DNA from: Ramazzottius varieornatus
Lineage: Eukaryota; Animalia; Tardigrada
Direction: 5' to 3'
Assembly (NCBI GenBank): GCA_001949185.1
Contig: BDGG01000014.1
Location: 589,378-653,377, forward strand
Length of the DNA: 64,000 nt
The notes under the pieces were generated by a model. That model saw only the letters and a program-made list of their open reading frames with translations, was not told the origin of the DNA and ran no database searches. This document shows positions 41,100-52,126 of this stretch, piece after piece. Position 1 is the first letter of the stretch. Every line of letters starts with the position of its first letter. The position numbers were made by a program, and so were the translations under genes.

Positions 41100-42089
41100 G
41101 ACGAGGAGGGCGAAAACACAAAAGAATTCGGTACCCCACTTACTTCGCGCACCCCGAAAATAACGTGGAGTTTTGCCTTTTTTCCCTCACCGGATGGCAA
41201 ACGAGAACGAGCCGATTGCAGACCACATTGCTATCCGTGGCAACACCAGCACTCTTTAGAAGATTTCTAAATGGCTGGATGCCACTAGAAATTGGAGACT
41301 TGACAGGCCATTCGCCACAAAAGTGCAAGGGGCGGAGCTCGATGCCAATAGAAAATAGAACCTTTGCACCACGCCCCCCATCAGAAGAGCGCGTTGAATC
41401 CATATCTAGTTTTGTCGATTCAGTCAGTGTGTATATGTCTGTTCCTTTCTCTTTTCGTTTGACACTCTTTGCTGCTCTCAGGTTTAGATCATTTTTGTAC
41501 TGTGGGAGCTACCGTAGGATGGAACTGCGAAGAGTAGACGACTACTACGCAGAAGAAGCGGTGGCCGATCTACGGAACGTGCTCGGATTAGATCCAAACG
41601 TGGACGATCCACCACATCGTTTGAGTTTCTCAGCGGAGGAAGAAGCGGTACTGGTGAGTGGTGACCAACCCAGACGATGATGTCGAAGCCAGGGGAGACG
41701 TTCTGTTCAGCCCCTTTTCACTTTATCTGCTTTTAACCAGTGTTGAACAAAGTATCGGTACTACTTTTTAGGTAATGTAAAGGTACGCGCAGCTCAGGCC
41801 TAGGTACTAGACCGCCAAATATCGATACTTTACCCGGTACGCCAGCTAAAAGTCTTACCGATGCCTGTACTTGTTCAACACTGCTTTTAACTTGTGAAAC
41901 AAAAATGAAAGATGCCTGTTTTCTACTCAATCGTGCTATACTAGCGTAAGGGATCGGCCCGTACGACCTGCCAAGTCTCTATTTTCTATTGGCATCCAGC
42001 CAAATTTCAGACAGCAGCTCTGGTTTCTGGCTTCACGCGCTGCTCTCTTCCTCGTTGGGTAGCCTGCTGGATAACGACTCCCTTCGAAT

Positions 42090-42540
42090 CAGCGGTGGTC
42101 TCCGAGTAGGCACCAAGCCGTGCTCACAAGTGTCGCTGCGGAGCCAGTATGGATGAATACGGTCAGCACGGTTTGAGTTGCAAGTTTGGTGGTGGTCGTC
42201 ACAGTCGACACAGCACAATAAATCAGTCGCTCAAACGGGCATCAGCCCAGATCTTGCGCAACGGAGCTGTTTGAGGCGATCGGAAGAAAGATGGTGGAAG
42301 TAACGGGCGAGTCAAGGTTCCTTCTTTAAGCAGAGAGTGTCAATAGATGCACAGCGTGGGAGTTCTAATTCTGTTCTCTGCACCTTGCAGGATACCAAGG
42401 GTTTTGAGGAGTTGTTTCTCGTTTTAGATGTAAAGAAGGAAAAGTCTGTCTATGTGTAGTTGTTTGTTTTTTTTGTGTTTTTTATTGTTTCGCTATCTGT
42501 TTGCTTTTTGAGAACAGAACATTGTCTTTCCAATAAAGAT
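42090..42540 (+). pseudogene. 3' relic of a CRE-clade-like (restriction-like endonuclease) non-LTR retrotransposon
   Basis: Manual translation gives HKCRCGASMDEYGQHGLSCKFGGGRHSRHSTINQSLKRA (CCHC knuckle plus RH motif) and SFFKQRVSIDAQRGSSNSVLCT (QRxSxAxQRGN motif), followed by a T-rich tail and AATAAA. Confidence 0.7.
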
Positions 42541-45500
42541 CATCCCGTTTTACTCTCTTTCAACGGCATTTCGCTCTCCCAAATTTAAGTTTTACTCCCG
42601 AGATTTAGTTTTTAATCCTCACCAACTTAGTTTCACTCTTTTCAAAATCATTCTAGTCCTGCAAATTTGAAATACAGTCCCGAGATTCAGTTTCAGTCTC
42701 GAATCCTGTTGCCACACGCGTTTTTCACATTACATGAAACTAATGCTTCTCCGGCTAGACCTCGACCTACCGTCGGCTTCCCTGTGAATCTGAGGGTTTT
42801 ACTTTTGCGAGATAACTCGACGTGCTCATGTCCCACCAGCGCAAACGGTGACAAAGTCCAGACGGTTTCTGTGATATCTCCCGATAGAGAGGTAGGCCTA
42901 ATCGGAAAGAGTTTTTCATTGGTGTTATCTCGCTTCCGGTCGCTTGCGGCTTGCTTACTATCTTAAAATTTTGTTCTCTGGATTTCAGTTGTTTTCCTCC
43001 ATCTTAACTCGCATGGCAAACCATCCCCAGAGTGAGTCCAGCATAGTGGTCAAGGTTTTGTCAATCAACTGCTAAATAAGCTCAGCTTTCATCGAACACG
43101 CTGCAGGGCTGCACCGCACCTGAAATCTCCAAAGTTTTGATTGCTTGATACGGTCCGACGCGGCATTGCATCAGACTCCAGCTGTTTCCGGTAATTCTCC
43201 TGCCATCATCCGGTTACCTTCCCTGTTTTCTCGATGTTCCTCTTATTGGGCTGGATAACGGTGAGTCGCTGACCATCCAGATAGTCGCCTTTAGGTTGGT
43301 AGCAGATTATTGGACTGACCAGGGTACTTCAGCCATGCCGCCGGAAAATTCTAGTATGGAAAACAGCTGGGGAACGGCAATGTTGAACCTTACGTCACGG
43401 CTTGAGCCGGAAGTGTCGGTTCCTGTATGGCGACCAGTAATTAAAATAGGGAAGTTTAGGAAAATGGCAATCCAGTGCAAAACCTGACGGGTAGTAAGTC
43501 CCGCGTTTCAAATAAGGTGAATTAAGGAATATCACGTGTTCTCTGGAACTGAACGACAGGGTACAACATAAAAGTACTTTCGAGTGAACAATACGAACGA
43601 GGGTTTATTTCGAGTCTACAGCGGCATTGTGATTATCCTACCCACTAGCTAATGGTTCTGATTTCTGGAAAGGCCGAGCAAAAGAGGCAAAACACACTGG
43701 AGCACATCTTTTCACAACGTTGCGATACCTAATGCTAGTAAGCGCCTTTCCTCGGCGACTTCCTCTTGTATCACAGGATAATTAGCAAGTTGGTCAAAAT
43801 CGGTCGTCCACTCTGCCGCCAGTCCGGCTGAGGCAGTGGTCCGAGCGGCATACCGTGCCGTACTGTTGACATCAGGGGGCTCTGTCAACAGTACGGCTGC
43901 CGACACAGCTCCCGGTTACGAATTGTTTCCGTAGCCAGAAAGAGCGAACCTTCGCAGTAGTTTTTTGATTCAGGAGGGAAACTCCTGAGATGGTTTTTGT
44001 GTGGCGGGTGTCCCTGGTATGGGGCCTATCGTGACCGCCGTGTCGAGTTTACTAGGGTTTGCGAGTAAAAGTTTTCTGGACCCGGATCAAGTGGCGCGTC
44101 TCTTTTCAGTAGGGAGTTTGCGATATTTGAAAGCTCGAACAATCTGATTGTCCATCGAAATCTCGACTGACTTGAAAGGGCCTCGCTTTGCTCGGCCTGA
44201 TGACCACATCAGTTCGTACAAAATCAAGTTCACAAAATGCACGTAGTTCTATGAAATTTTGCTTAACTAAAGGCCTAGTTTCATTAATAATTACCGGACA
44301 ATCCCGAACATTCCCAGGAGAACTAAAAACTCGACCTAGCGAGCTATCAGACGCTATAACCGGTAAAGTTAGGAATATCAAAACCACTCCAAGGAAATCC
44401 ATGACCGTGGAACAGAGTAACACGATGCTTTACTAAAGCTTCAAAATTAATAATTCAAACGTTTGGTAGCAAGGGAGATGAAATGGTTCTGCTGACATGC
44501 GCGAGCTAGTTTTCTCCATATTCACGTCGGTGAAGTTTGTGTGGCAACTGTGGCTCGAAGGTTCCACACCATGCACGTTTTTTTTGCCTCAAGGAACGTG
44601 GCTGCAAAAATACGCTATCAGTACGCAGCTCAGGTAGGCAACAGATGCATAATAGCGGCGACCCATAAGTTGATTGCCCAATCAATGCTAAAAGCATTTG
44701 CTTCCTGGTTCCTAATTATGGGTAAAGTGTAATAGAAACACGCCATCTTGAACGCTTGTACATGATACAAGAACTGTTTTTGACTGGACGTGTGCACCCG
44801 TAATGTTTTCCAGTTCAACTTACTTTTACTCGTTCTTCGCCAGTTTTTCCCCCTTCGAATACACCGTTTTCGGAATTAAAAACGGTTTTTAACTTCCGGT
44901 TCCTGTCTGGAATACCGACCCGACTACGAGCCGATAGCCACATGACGGGCACTACATACGGGAATCAGTTTTTTTCCACATTGGCTATTGCGCAGCGGCA
45001 TGGCTGGGGTACTTCTGTTTCAAGTTAGCTGTCGATGCTACAGGATCTTCGCTGCTGTCGTCTACTGTCGGCTGCTGATCTCCTTCACGACTTCGTCTGT
45101 CTCCTCGACTTCACCCAACTTTTTCACAGCTCTCCTCTACGCCCTGCCTCACCTTTGCGTTTGTTTCCTGCAGGTTTGTGAATGTTCAGTGGAGTATCCG
45201 CCGACAGTCTCGTCGTATGCATGTGCGCGTCTTTGCTCGTTTCGTGTATGGTGGTGCATGAGTAATTGCCACAGGCGCGACATGAACCTTCATGCACCCT
45301 GACAAACAGGCGACTCTACGGGGCGTGTCAAATTGCTGCGCACTGGTACCTGCGCGGTGTATGTCTTAGCGTGTCGCGCCCGCACTAAAAAGCCTGGGCT
45401 CTCATCAAACGCGATACAACTCAGGGAACGGACGCCGTAGCCATGCCTACTTCTCTTCGGATTTCGTTATGTTACACTTCCTGTTTACCATTTACTTTTT

Positions 45501-46886
45501 AGTAAAGTGTGACGTCATCCAATCCGATGAGCGTATCGATGCCTCCGGGCTCTCGTCCAATCAGCGTTCGGACCGTTGCTCGACATTTTCGTTACTAATT
45601 TTGAATTAAACTTGACCACTATTATGAACACACTCTGGTAGTGTACTTACCACTGAACGAGAAATCCCAAGGACTAAAGATCTGACTGAGTCCCGACACG
45701 GATCGACCATGGAGCTGACTGAGGGCGGATCCGCCGGCTGTAATTCCCGAGTCAGCTCTGAGATCCGCGTGCGCAGTCGTTCGCAGTCCGGTGAGCTACC
45801 AGTCAGCTCTCGTTCCTGGACCAGTCCGGTGATGTTTCGGCCAGCTCTCAATCCTTGACCATTCCGATCGTGTTTTTCTTTAGTTTTGGTCGGTTTGTTT
45901 TTGTCAGAACGTGTTCTGACATAGTCCGAACGAAGTCAGGCAGACGGACAGCCTGACGGTAGGCTGTCATGTCATGTCAGAAACTTCTGACATGACATAT
46001 ACCATCCGGCGCATGTACAGCTGTAGCATTCAACTACCACCTTAGCAGTCGTCTGCTTGAGAAGGAACCATTCGTTTGGCTCAAGAAAACCTTCAAACAG
46101 AACGAGCGAAAGTTCTTTATTAATTGATGCTGTCGAATAGACACAGAAAATCAGCTCAAGTTTTCTAGAAGAGCCTCGGTTTCGACTTTTCGACCACTTG
46201 CTTCCATTGTGCTTTCTGTGTCATGCCACGTCACGATTATACCCCGCCCGACCAAAAAATGCGCAGAATCACCAGCGCGTGCAAACTGCGCGTGTGCGCA
46301 CTAGCCAATCGGGTTCGAAGTCGTTCTGTCTCCGATGGCAGTCCGTTTCGGACATGAACAGGATCGAGATCTGAGTAAATATCCGTTGGTATGCTCTTTA
46401 CCAAAACAGATATCCAACTGCCAATATTACGTAACTTAAGGTCGGGATCACAACAGAGAGGGGAGCACTCTTGTACAGAGAAATTTCTGAGCCGCTGCCC
46501 AGATCCCTTCCTAGAGAAAATCTTGAGCGATCTTCCGACTTCGGAAATCGTTTTGCATGTTTTGATTGGCAGGATTTGCTCTTGGTCATCCCGCCATCGG
46601 GGATATTTTTCTTGATTGTCCGCACGCTACAGACCAACCCGTCCACCGTGGACTTTGGACTCTGACGTCGGTCAACCTATTTTCAAAGTTTGTCCCATAG
46701 TTCCGCGTTTTACATCGGGTACCACAGCAAGCGCCCAAGCCGTCCGCAGTCTTTACAGGAAAAGTTCTCCGTTGTAATAAGGGTTCGGCTAATTTATGGT
46801 AATGGGGGATAACTATTCTCTTTGAATCTACAAAGTGTTACGGGCGTAGGACGAATTTCGTAATCAAGCGGGATACGGTAAAGACA

Positions 46887-49800
46887 CTAAAACGGAAGCA
46901 AAGCTAGGTCATTGTCATTGTCAAGATCTTGATCCAGGGGCTCCAGGTCTCCGCCCTCTTCAGCAACGTCTTTATCGGCTTGCCCGTCACTAACTGCCTC
47001 AATGCGGTCTTCCTTTGTGTCGATATCCCAGTAGTCATTCTCAAGCTTGATGCAATGGGCGAAGAGCTTGGAGAAGTCTTCTGGCTTGAGGATATCAGGT
47101 GATAAGGTATGACTTGTCGGCCATCAACATAAAATTTTATTACAACTTTGCCCAGTTTGAATCTAACCCTTTTCAGTCGAAGTATTCACCATCACTATCG
47201 ACACACTTTTGCCATTTTTCCGGTAGACAAGATAGGCCTTTACGGAAGGCGAAGTTCTCGAAGGCACTTTTCACAGCTTCTTCGGAATTGAATTTTCTTC
47301 CTCTCAAAAAGTTATCAAAATTCGAAAAGAAGTGATAATCTGTTGGAGCTAAGTCAGGACTGTATGGTGGATGAGGAAGAGTTTCCAGACCGAGCTCGCG
47401 TAATTTGGCAGAAGTCTTTTTCGCGGAGTGAGCTTTTGCATTGTCGTGTAGCAGCAGGGGCTTGTCACGATTGACCAACTTTGGTTGCTTGACGGTCAGC
47501 TTCTCCATCATTTCCTCCAGTTACAGAGAGTAGTAGTCTGCTACTATTGTTTTGCCAGGAGGAAGAAAGTCAAAGTGCACTATCCCTTCCATTGTCCACC
47601 AAACAGTAACCACGATCTTGCGTTGGCTTTGGAATAGTTCTCGGGACTTCACCTGGGCTCAAAATTACCTTCTTCCACTTCCGGTTGTTGTAAAGAATCC
47701 ACTTCTCATCACACGTAACAATTCGATGCAGGAAAGGTTCATTTCTGGAACGGTTGAGGAGAGAAAGACACACGTCCACACGATGCCTTTTCTGGAGTGC
47801 GCTAAGTTCATGAGGTACCCACTTTTCCAACTTTTTCACCTTACCGATCTGACGAAGGTGCAAATCGATAGTGGCGTCTTCACCAAACACATTGTTGATA
47901 TTCCGGGCTGTCTGTGCAGCGTTGGTGCCGCGACGAAATTCATACTCGAAAATAGTCCGTAACTTGCTCTTGTCCATGGGCGCACCAATAACTCCACAGA
48001 GAGGGCAGAAGCAACAAACTAACATGAACGAAGCAGCGAAAGATAGTAGACGAACACTAGCATCGACACAAAAAAAACGAGACGAAACGATCGCGCTAAA
48101 AGAGAGATATGGATTTTTCAATGTGAGACTGGTGTGGGCCGACAAGTCATACCTTATCACCTGATATCAGCAGATTCTTCCCACAGCTTGATCAGGTCAG
48201 GCAGCTTTCTGGTGGTGTTTTGCTTGGTAACATAACCTTTGCGACGGGCCCAGCATTTTTAATCGGGTTGAAGTCACAGTGGTAGGGCGGCAAACGAACT
48301 GTCTCGATGCCTTCTTCGGTCTTCAAATAGTCATCCATGTATCAATAGTACCTGTCGCCCACGTGATTTTTCAGAAAGTCCGTCACCTTCTGCCACAGCT
48401 CGGCCACCAGTTCCCGCGCACTAAACTCGATCCTATGGTCAGTCAGCCACTGCTGGTTTTGTTTCTTCACTCTCTTAGGTCTTCTGAACTGTGGCATCGA
48501 GCGGGAATGATAAATTGCGTTATCCAGCATGATCACAATCGTGTCATATCCGTGGAGCCGAGTAAATTCTTTCAAACGGGGAACCACCACCTCCTTCATG
48601 AACTTAAAACCATAACAGCCAAAATTTATCATGACGTCATCGAAAACTTGAAGCATTGGCATTCCGTCACGGTAAGAGTTTCATCACAAATTCTTTCACA
48701 ATCAGAAAGACCCAGTCACCATATTCGTTTTGTCTGCTCGGACCGGAAAGATCCAACCAATGGTTTGCGAGATCAATTTTGACCCCCTTTTTTTACCCCA
48801 CTTGATTGACCTGGTGCAACGAGCAAATCTCTTCCGAATGAAAAGACCATCAAAACAGATCATACAAAATTTGATTGATTGATTTGACAGACTGGCTTAC
48901 TTCTCGTAGTTTTGGTAGTTGAAATTCCCGTGGTAGTCCCCAGTGTGCTTTGAGGCTTCTCAGATAAGTCCAAATCCGGGAAAGAATACCCTATCCGTCA
49001 CCAGGTCGAAAATGACCAGACGCTTTCCCGATCCACTTGGATGCAACTGTCCGCAGTCCTTGCACAGGATTTCGGCTGTGCCGGTGGATTTTCCTTTGTC
49101 GAGTTCAATCCAACTCTTGCGAAACTGGTAGTTCTCGTTTAACCAAGTCTCATCCAGGAAGGCAATCAGGGCATTCTTCTGTCGAAACTGACGAACCGCT
49201 CGGATGTAACGGATACGCCTGACGTTGAGGCTTGGGTCATCAAACAGGTGTTTAGTGGACCGATCCCGATATCGGAAGCCCATTCAACGTAACACACGAT
49301 ACATCGCGGGTTTCGACACCTTAACACCGACTTCTTCCTTCACCAATGGCAGTAGAGATTCCACCGTAATGTGTATCTTACTCTTGTACTCCCGGTGAAT
49401 GATCGCACGAATTTTCCCGTATTCCGACTCCTTCAACAAGTGCCGACCGACGCCCGCGACACCCTCCATTTCTTCCGTCTCGACAACCGGGTCCAAGGTT
49501 TCATTTACGTCATCTTCCGGAACGGTGTTGCTCTCGACTGCAGTTCCGCTCAGTGGACCAGTTATCAAATCCCAGTTCGTAGTGATGTTCTGGATGGTGC
49601 GTGGACTTTGCTGGCACAGATGCGCGATTGCCTTACGGCGACCTGCCAGAGTGGTAGAGTATATTTATTCGACCCAAAAAACGACTGACCCAGCACTTTC
49701 CATAAATGAGCAATAGGCCTCACATCCACAGGATACAGAGAAGAACTGGAAGACATCTCTCAGCTTCCTGTTAGTTTTGTCAGACTACGGTATACGCTAT

Positions 49801-50029
49801 TGTAGAATACTGTGGTGCATTTGAAAACTGAGGAGACGGTTTTCGCTTGTGTTTGATGGAAGCTCTTATCTCTCCAGTTTTTTTCTGGATGACTCTCCAT
49901 ACTTTCCAGCTGTGATAGGAGAAGACAACAAAGAAGTTGTCTCGACTCTATCGTTTTCCAACGTGCAGCATGAAGGTCAGATGCCAGAAGGCCGATAAGA
50001 ATATCGTCTGTGCCAGTAGCTTTTTTCAT
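46887..50029 (-). pseudogene. Sailor-like DDE transposase pseudogene (about DD87E), interrupted by a mariner
   Basis: LR*MGFRY, AFLDETW, SGSGKRLVI, GDYHGNFN, IVIMLDNAIYHSR, VRLPPYHCDFNPI(E)KCWA; several stops; a 1-nt deletion at the catalytic Glu; frame restored (ADILKPEDF) after removing the mariner. Confidence 0.8.
47095..48164 (-). mobile_element. Nested mariner element (DD34D-type), internally deleted and defective
   Basis: 28-bp TIRs TCAGGTGATAAGGTATGACTTGTCGGCC; TA duplication at 47093-94 and 48165-66; motifs WVPHEL, IVTCDEKW, LHDNAKAH, HPPYSPDLAPTDYHFF, GEYFD; frameshifts and a missing HTH segment. Confidence 0.93.
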
Positions 50030-50274
50030 TTTTTGCCTCCTGACGTCAGAGTGCAAAGACCACGGTGGACGGGTTGGTCTGTAGCGTGCGGACAATCAAG
50101 AAAAATATCCCCGATGGAGGGATGACCAAGAGCAAATCCTGCCAATCAAAACATGCAAAACGATTTCCGAAGTCGGAAGATCGCTCAAGATTTTCTCTAG
50201 GAAGGGATCTGGGCAGCGGCTCAGAAATTTCTCTGTACGAGAGTGCTCCCCTCTCTGTTGTGATCCCGACCTTA

Positions 50275-50900
50275 GTTGATGAGTTGAATGAATGGTCGCG
50301 TTATAGTCCGCCACGATATGCGGCAGCGCGTCATAATACTTGACGGAAGGAATGCGCGCTTCGAACAGTCGCCATATACGCTGACGTAACGTTCAGATCA
50401 TCCTTTTCGTCATAGTCGCCTTGATCTCGTCGTTACCCGTGGAGAAGTGAATTATATCATGTTTCTTACATAGAGCAGGCACTGCTTTACAGTAAAACTC
50501 TCTGCCTTTGTCCGTGTGCAGTTTTTTAGGGATGCCAATCTCGTTAAACACTTTTATCAAGGCATCACGGACTAGCTCCTCCTCTTTTCGTCTTAGCAAT
50601 TGGCAGCTAGCTTTCTTACTGAAACAGTCAACGACAACGAGAACCCAACTGCCGTGTTTATTTTTCGGAGCAACGATTGTTATGTCCATCATGTCCGCTT
50701 GGAACTGATGATGGCTGTCGAGGACGACCACAGGATTGCGTCTAAAACGCCTGCGATGTTATTTGTGCTTTGTGTACGCTGGAATTCGGTTCAACAGACG
50801 CTGGGCTTCCGCTTTCTTTCGCGAAGACGACGCGGCGAGACAACCAGCGGTTCCGTGCTGTTTAAATCCTGAACCAGTTTTAATTCAGCAATGCGTCCAT
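50275..50900 (-). pseudogene. Polinton-type retroviral-like (rve) integrase, degenerate and truncated
   Basis: AYTKHK*HRRRFRRNPVVV...QFQADMMD...LVVVDCFSK...PKKLHTDKGREF...HFST..KA..(E>K)RMI*TLRQRIWR...YYDALPHIVADYNATIHST; in-frame stops; cut by the Sailor TIR. Confidence 0.88.
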
Positions 50901-51134
50901 GCCGCGTTGCTAGTCCACTCTTCGGCGCCACGCGGGCTTTAGGCTGCTTTATTGCCGATCTTGTTTCATCAGACACTGGTGGCATAGGCGGTGCAGAGGG
51001 AGGTAGCGGTGACAGTGGCAGTGGCGGCATGGCGAATTCTTCCGGAAAGGCTTGAAATTTGTGGGAGAGGAACTTTTGCAGGTTGTCAGATACCTCTTCA
51101 TATCGCGCTCGGGGACCATGTAAAGAGTCTGCAT
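50791..51134 (-). pseudogene. Small Pro-rich Polinton ORF, frameshifted
   Basis: MQTLYMVPE start, continuing in another frame as PPLPLSPLPPSAPP; sits between the core-protein and integrase genes. Confidence 0.45.
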
Positions 51135-51140
51135 GGTATG

Positions 51141-51462
51141 TTATTGACTGAGAACGGATCCCACAACCGACTCCAGAATAGGCAGTAGCGCCGCAAAGAA
51201 ACCGCCTTTTTGCACAAGGAGATCCCTCTTATACTTCACCGGGTATTTTTGTAGTGCCAACAGCTTCAGCGGTTTTTTCCAGCGCTGACAAATTTTTTTG
51301 TCTGTTTCCGACAGCTTTGCCGTGTTCTTCACGGTATTTAAGGCCATTTCCTCAAATGCTCGAATATGGTTTTTATCGCAAAACTTTAACAGCAATCGTC
51401 GTTGAGCCGGTTTGAGTGACCTCAGTGTGGTAGGGCGCAAGGCGATAAATTTTCTCCGACAT
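51141..51462 (-). CDS. Polinton/adintovirus small core protein (PX/pVI-like, C-terminal QKGGF amphipathic peptide); probable frameshift near the start
   Basis: RRLLLK...IRAFEEMALNTVK..KL.....KRDLLVQKGGFFAALLPILESVVGSVL matches the conserved QxGGF(L)xxLL protein found next to Polinton ATPases. Confidence 0.78.
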
Positions 51463-52126
51463 CGTGCTCGGATCCGGTATAAACTCGTACTCGTTGACCA
51501 GGTAAAATATGACTTCGGACTCTTACATCTTCTGGACAGTCGGATTTCAAGTCGATCACCACGGGTTCAAATGGGTGGGAGGTAGCTTTCTTGTACGCTA
51601 GGCTTAAATAGTGCTGTCCTGTTTGTTTAGCCAGTAGTTTTATCTGACCGACATCACGCACGTTTTTGAACAAGATCATGTACGACGAATTCAGATGCAG
51701 ATTGCACATACTTTTTCCCTGCTGAAAAATATTTTGACAGATGTGTAGACAATCGACGTTGCGATGATGAATTCCCCGCGTGAACAGATCGCTGGCTTTC
51801 TGATTTTCAGCCACAGTCGATGCCAAATCATCCAAGATTAGCAGATTATTTTCTGTCTTCGTGAAAAAGTTCTCATTGTCTAAAAAGCCTGCGAGATTTT
51901 TCACAAACTCGATCTTTGGCTCGACAGTCAGCATGACATCGTAGGCCTTCTGCCACTCGGCATACGCGAAAACTATTCGAGTTGGAGGACGATCGAACAT
52001 TTCACGCTTATTTTTCAGCAGTCGAAGAACATACTGTGTTTTTCCAGATCCTGTGGGGCCCATGCAGAGGGCCCAGAAGGGAGAGCGAAATCGAAAATCG
52101 TACTCCACAGACTTGAACTTTGCCAT
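51422..52126 (-). CDS. A32/FtsK-HerA-family genome packaging ATPase (234 aa)
   Basis: DFRFRSPF..GPTGSGKT (Walker A), LLILDD (Walker B), LFTRGIHHRN, QNIF, NSSYMILFKNVRD; uninterrupted ORF. Confidence 0.92.
   Translation of the reverse strand: MAKFKSVEYDFRFRSPFWALCMGPTGSGKTQYVLRLLKNKREMFDRPPTRIVFAYAEWQKAYDVMLTVEPKIEFVKNLAGFLDNENFFTKTENNLLILDDLASTVAENQKASDLFTRGIHHRNVDCLHICQNIFQQGKSMCNLHLNSSYMILFKNVRDVGQIKLLAKQTGQHYLSLAYKKATSHPFEPVVIDLKSDCPEDVRVRSHILPGQRVRVYTGSEHDVGENLSPCALPH

Larger units (their letters stand above)
46439..50272 (-). mobile_element. IS630-Tc1-mariner DNA transposon, Sailor (DD82E-type)-like, ~231-bp TIRs, TA flanks
   Basis: Near-identical inverted repeats 46439-46669 and 50042-50272 beginning AGGTCGGGATCACAAC; TA at 46437-38 and 50273-74; encloses a DDE transposase pseudogene. 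Confidence 0.88.

Noticed and set aside
46398-50343. Two near-identical ORFs MDGLVCSVRTIKK... on opposite strands
   Set aside because: They are translations of the Sailor-like element's TIRs, not genes.
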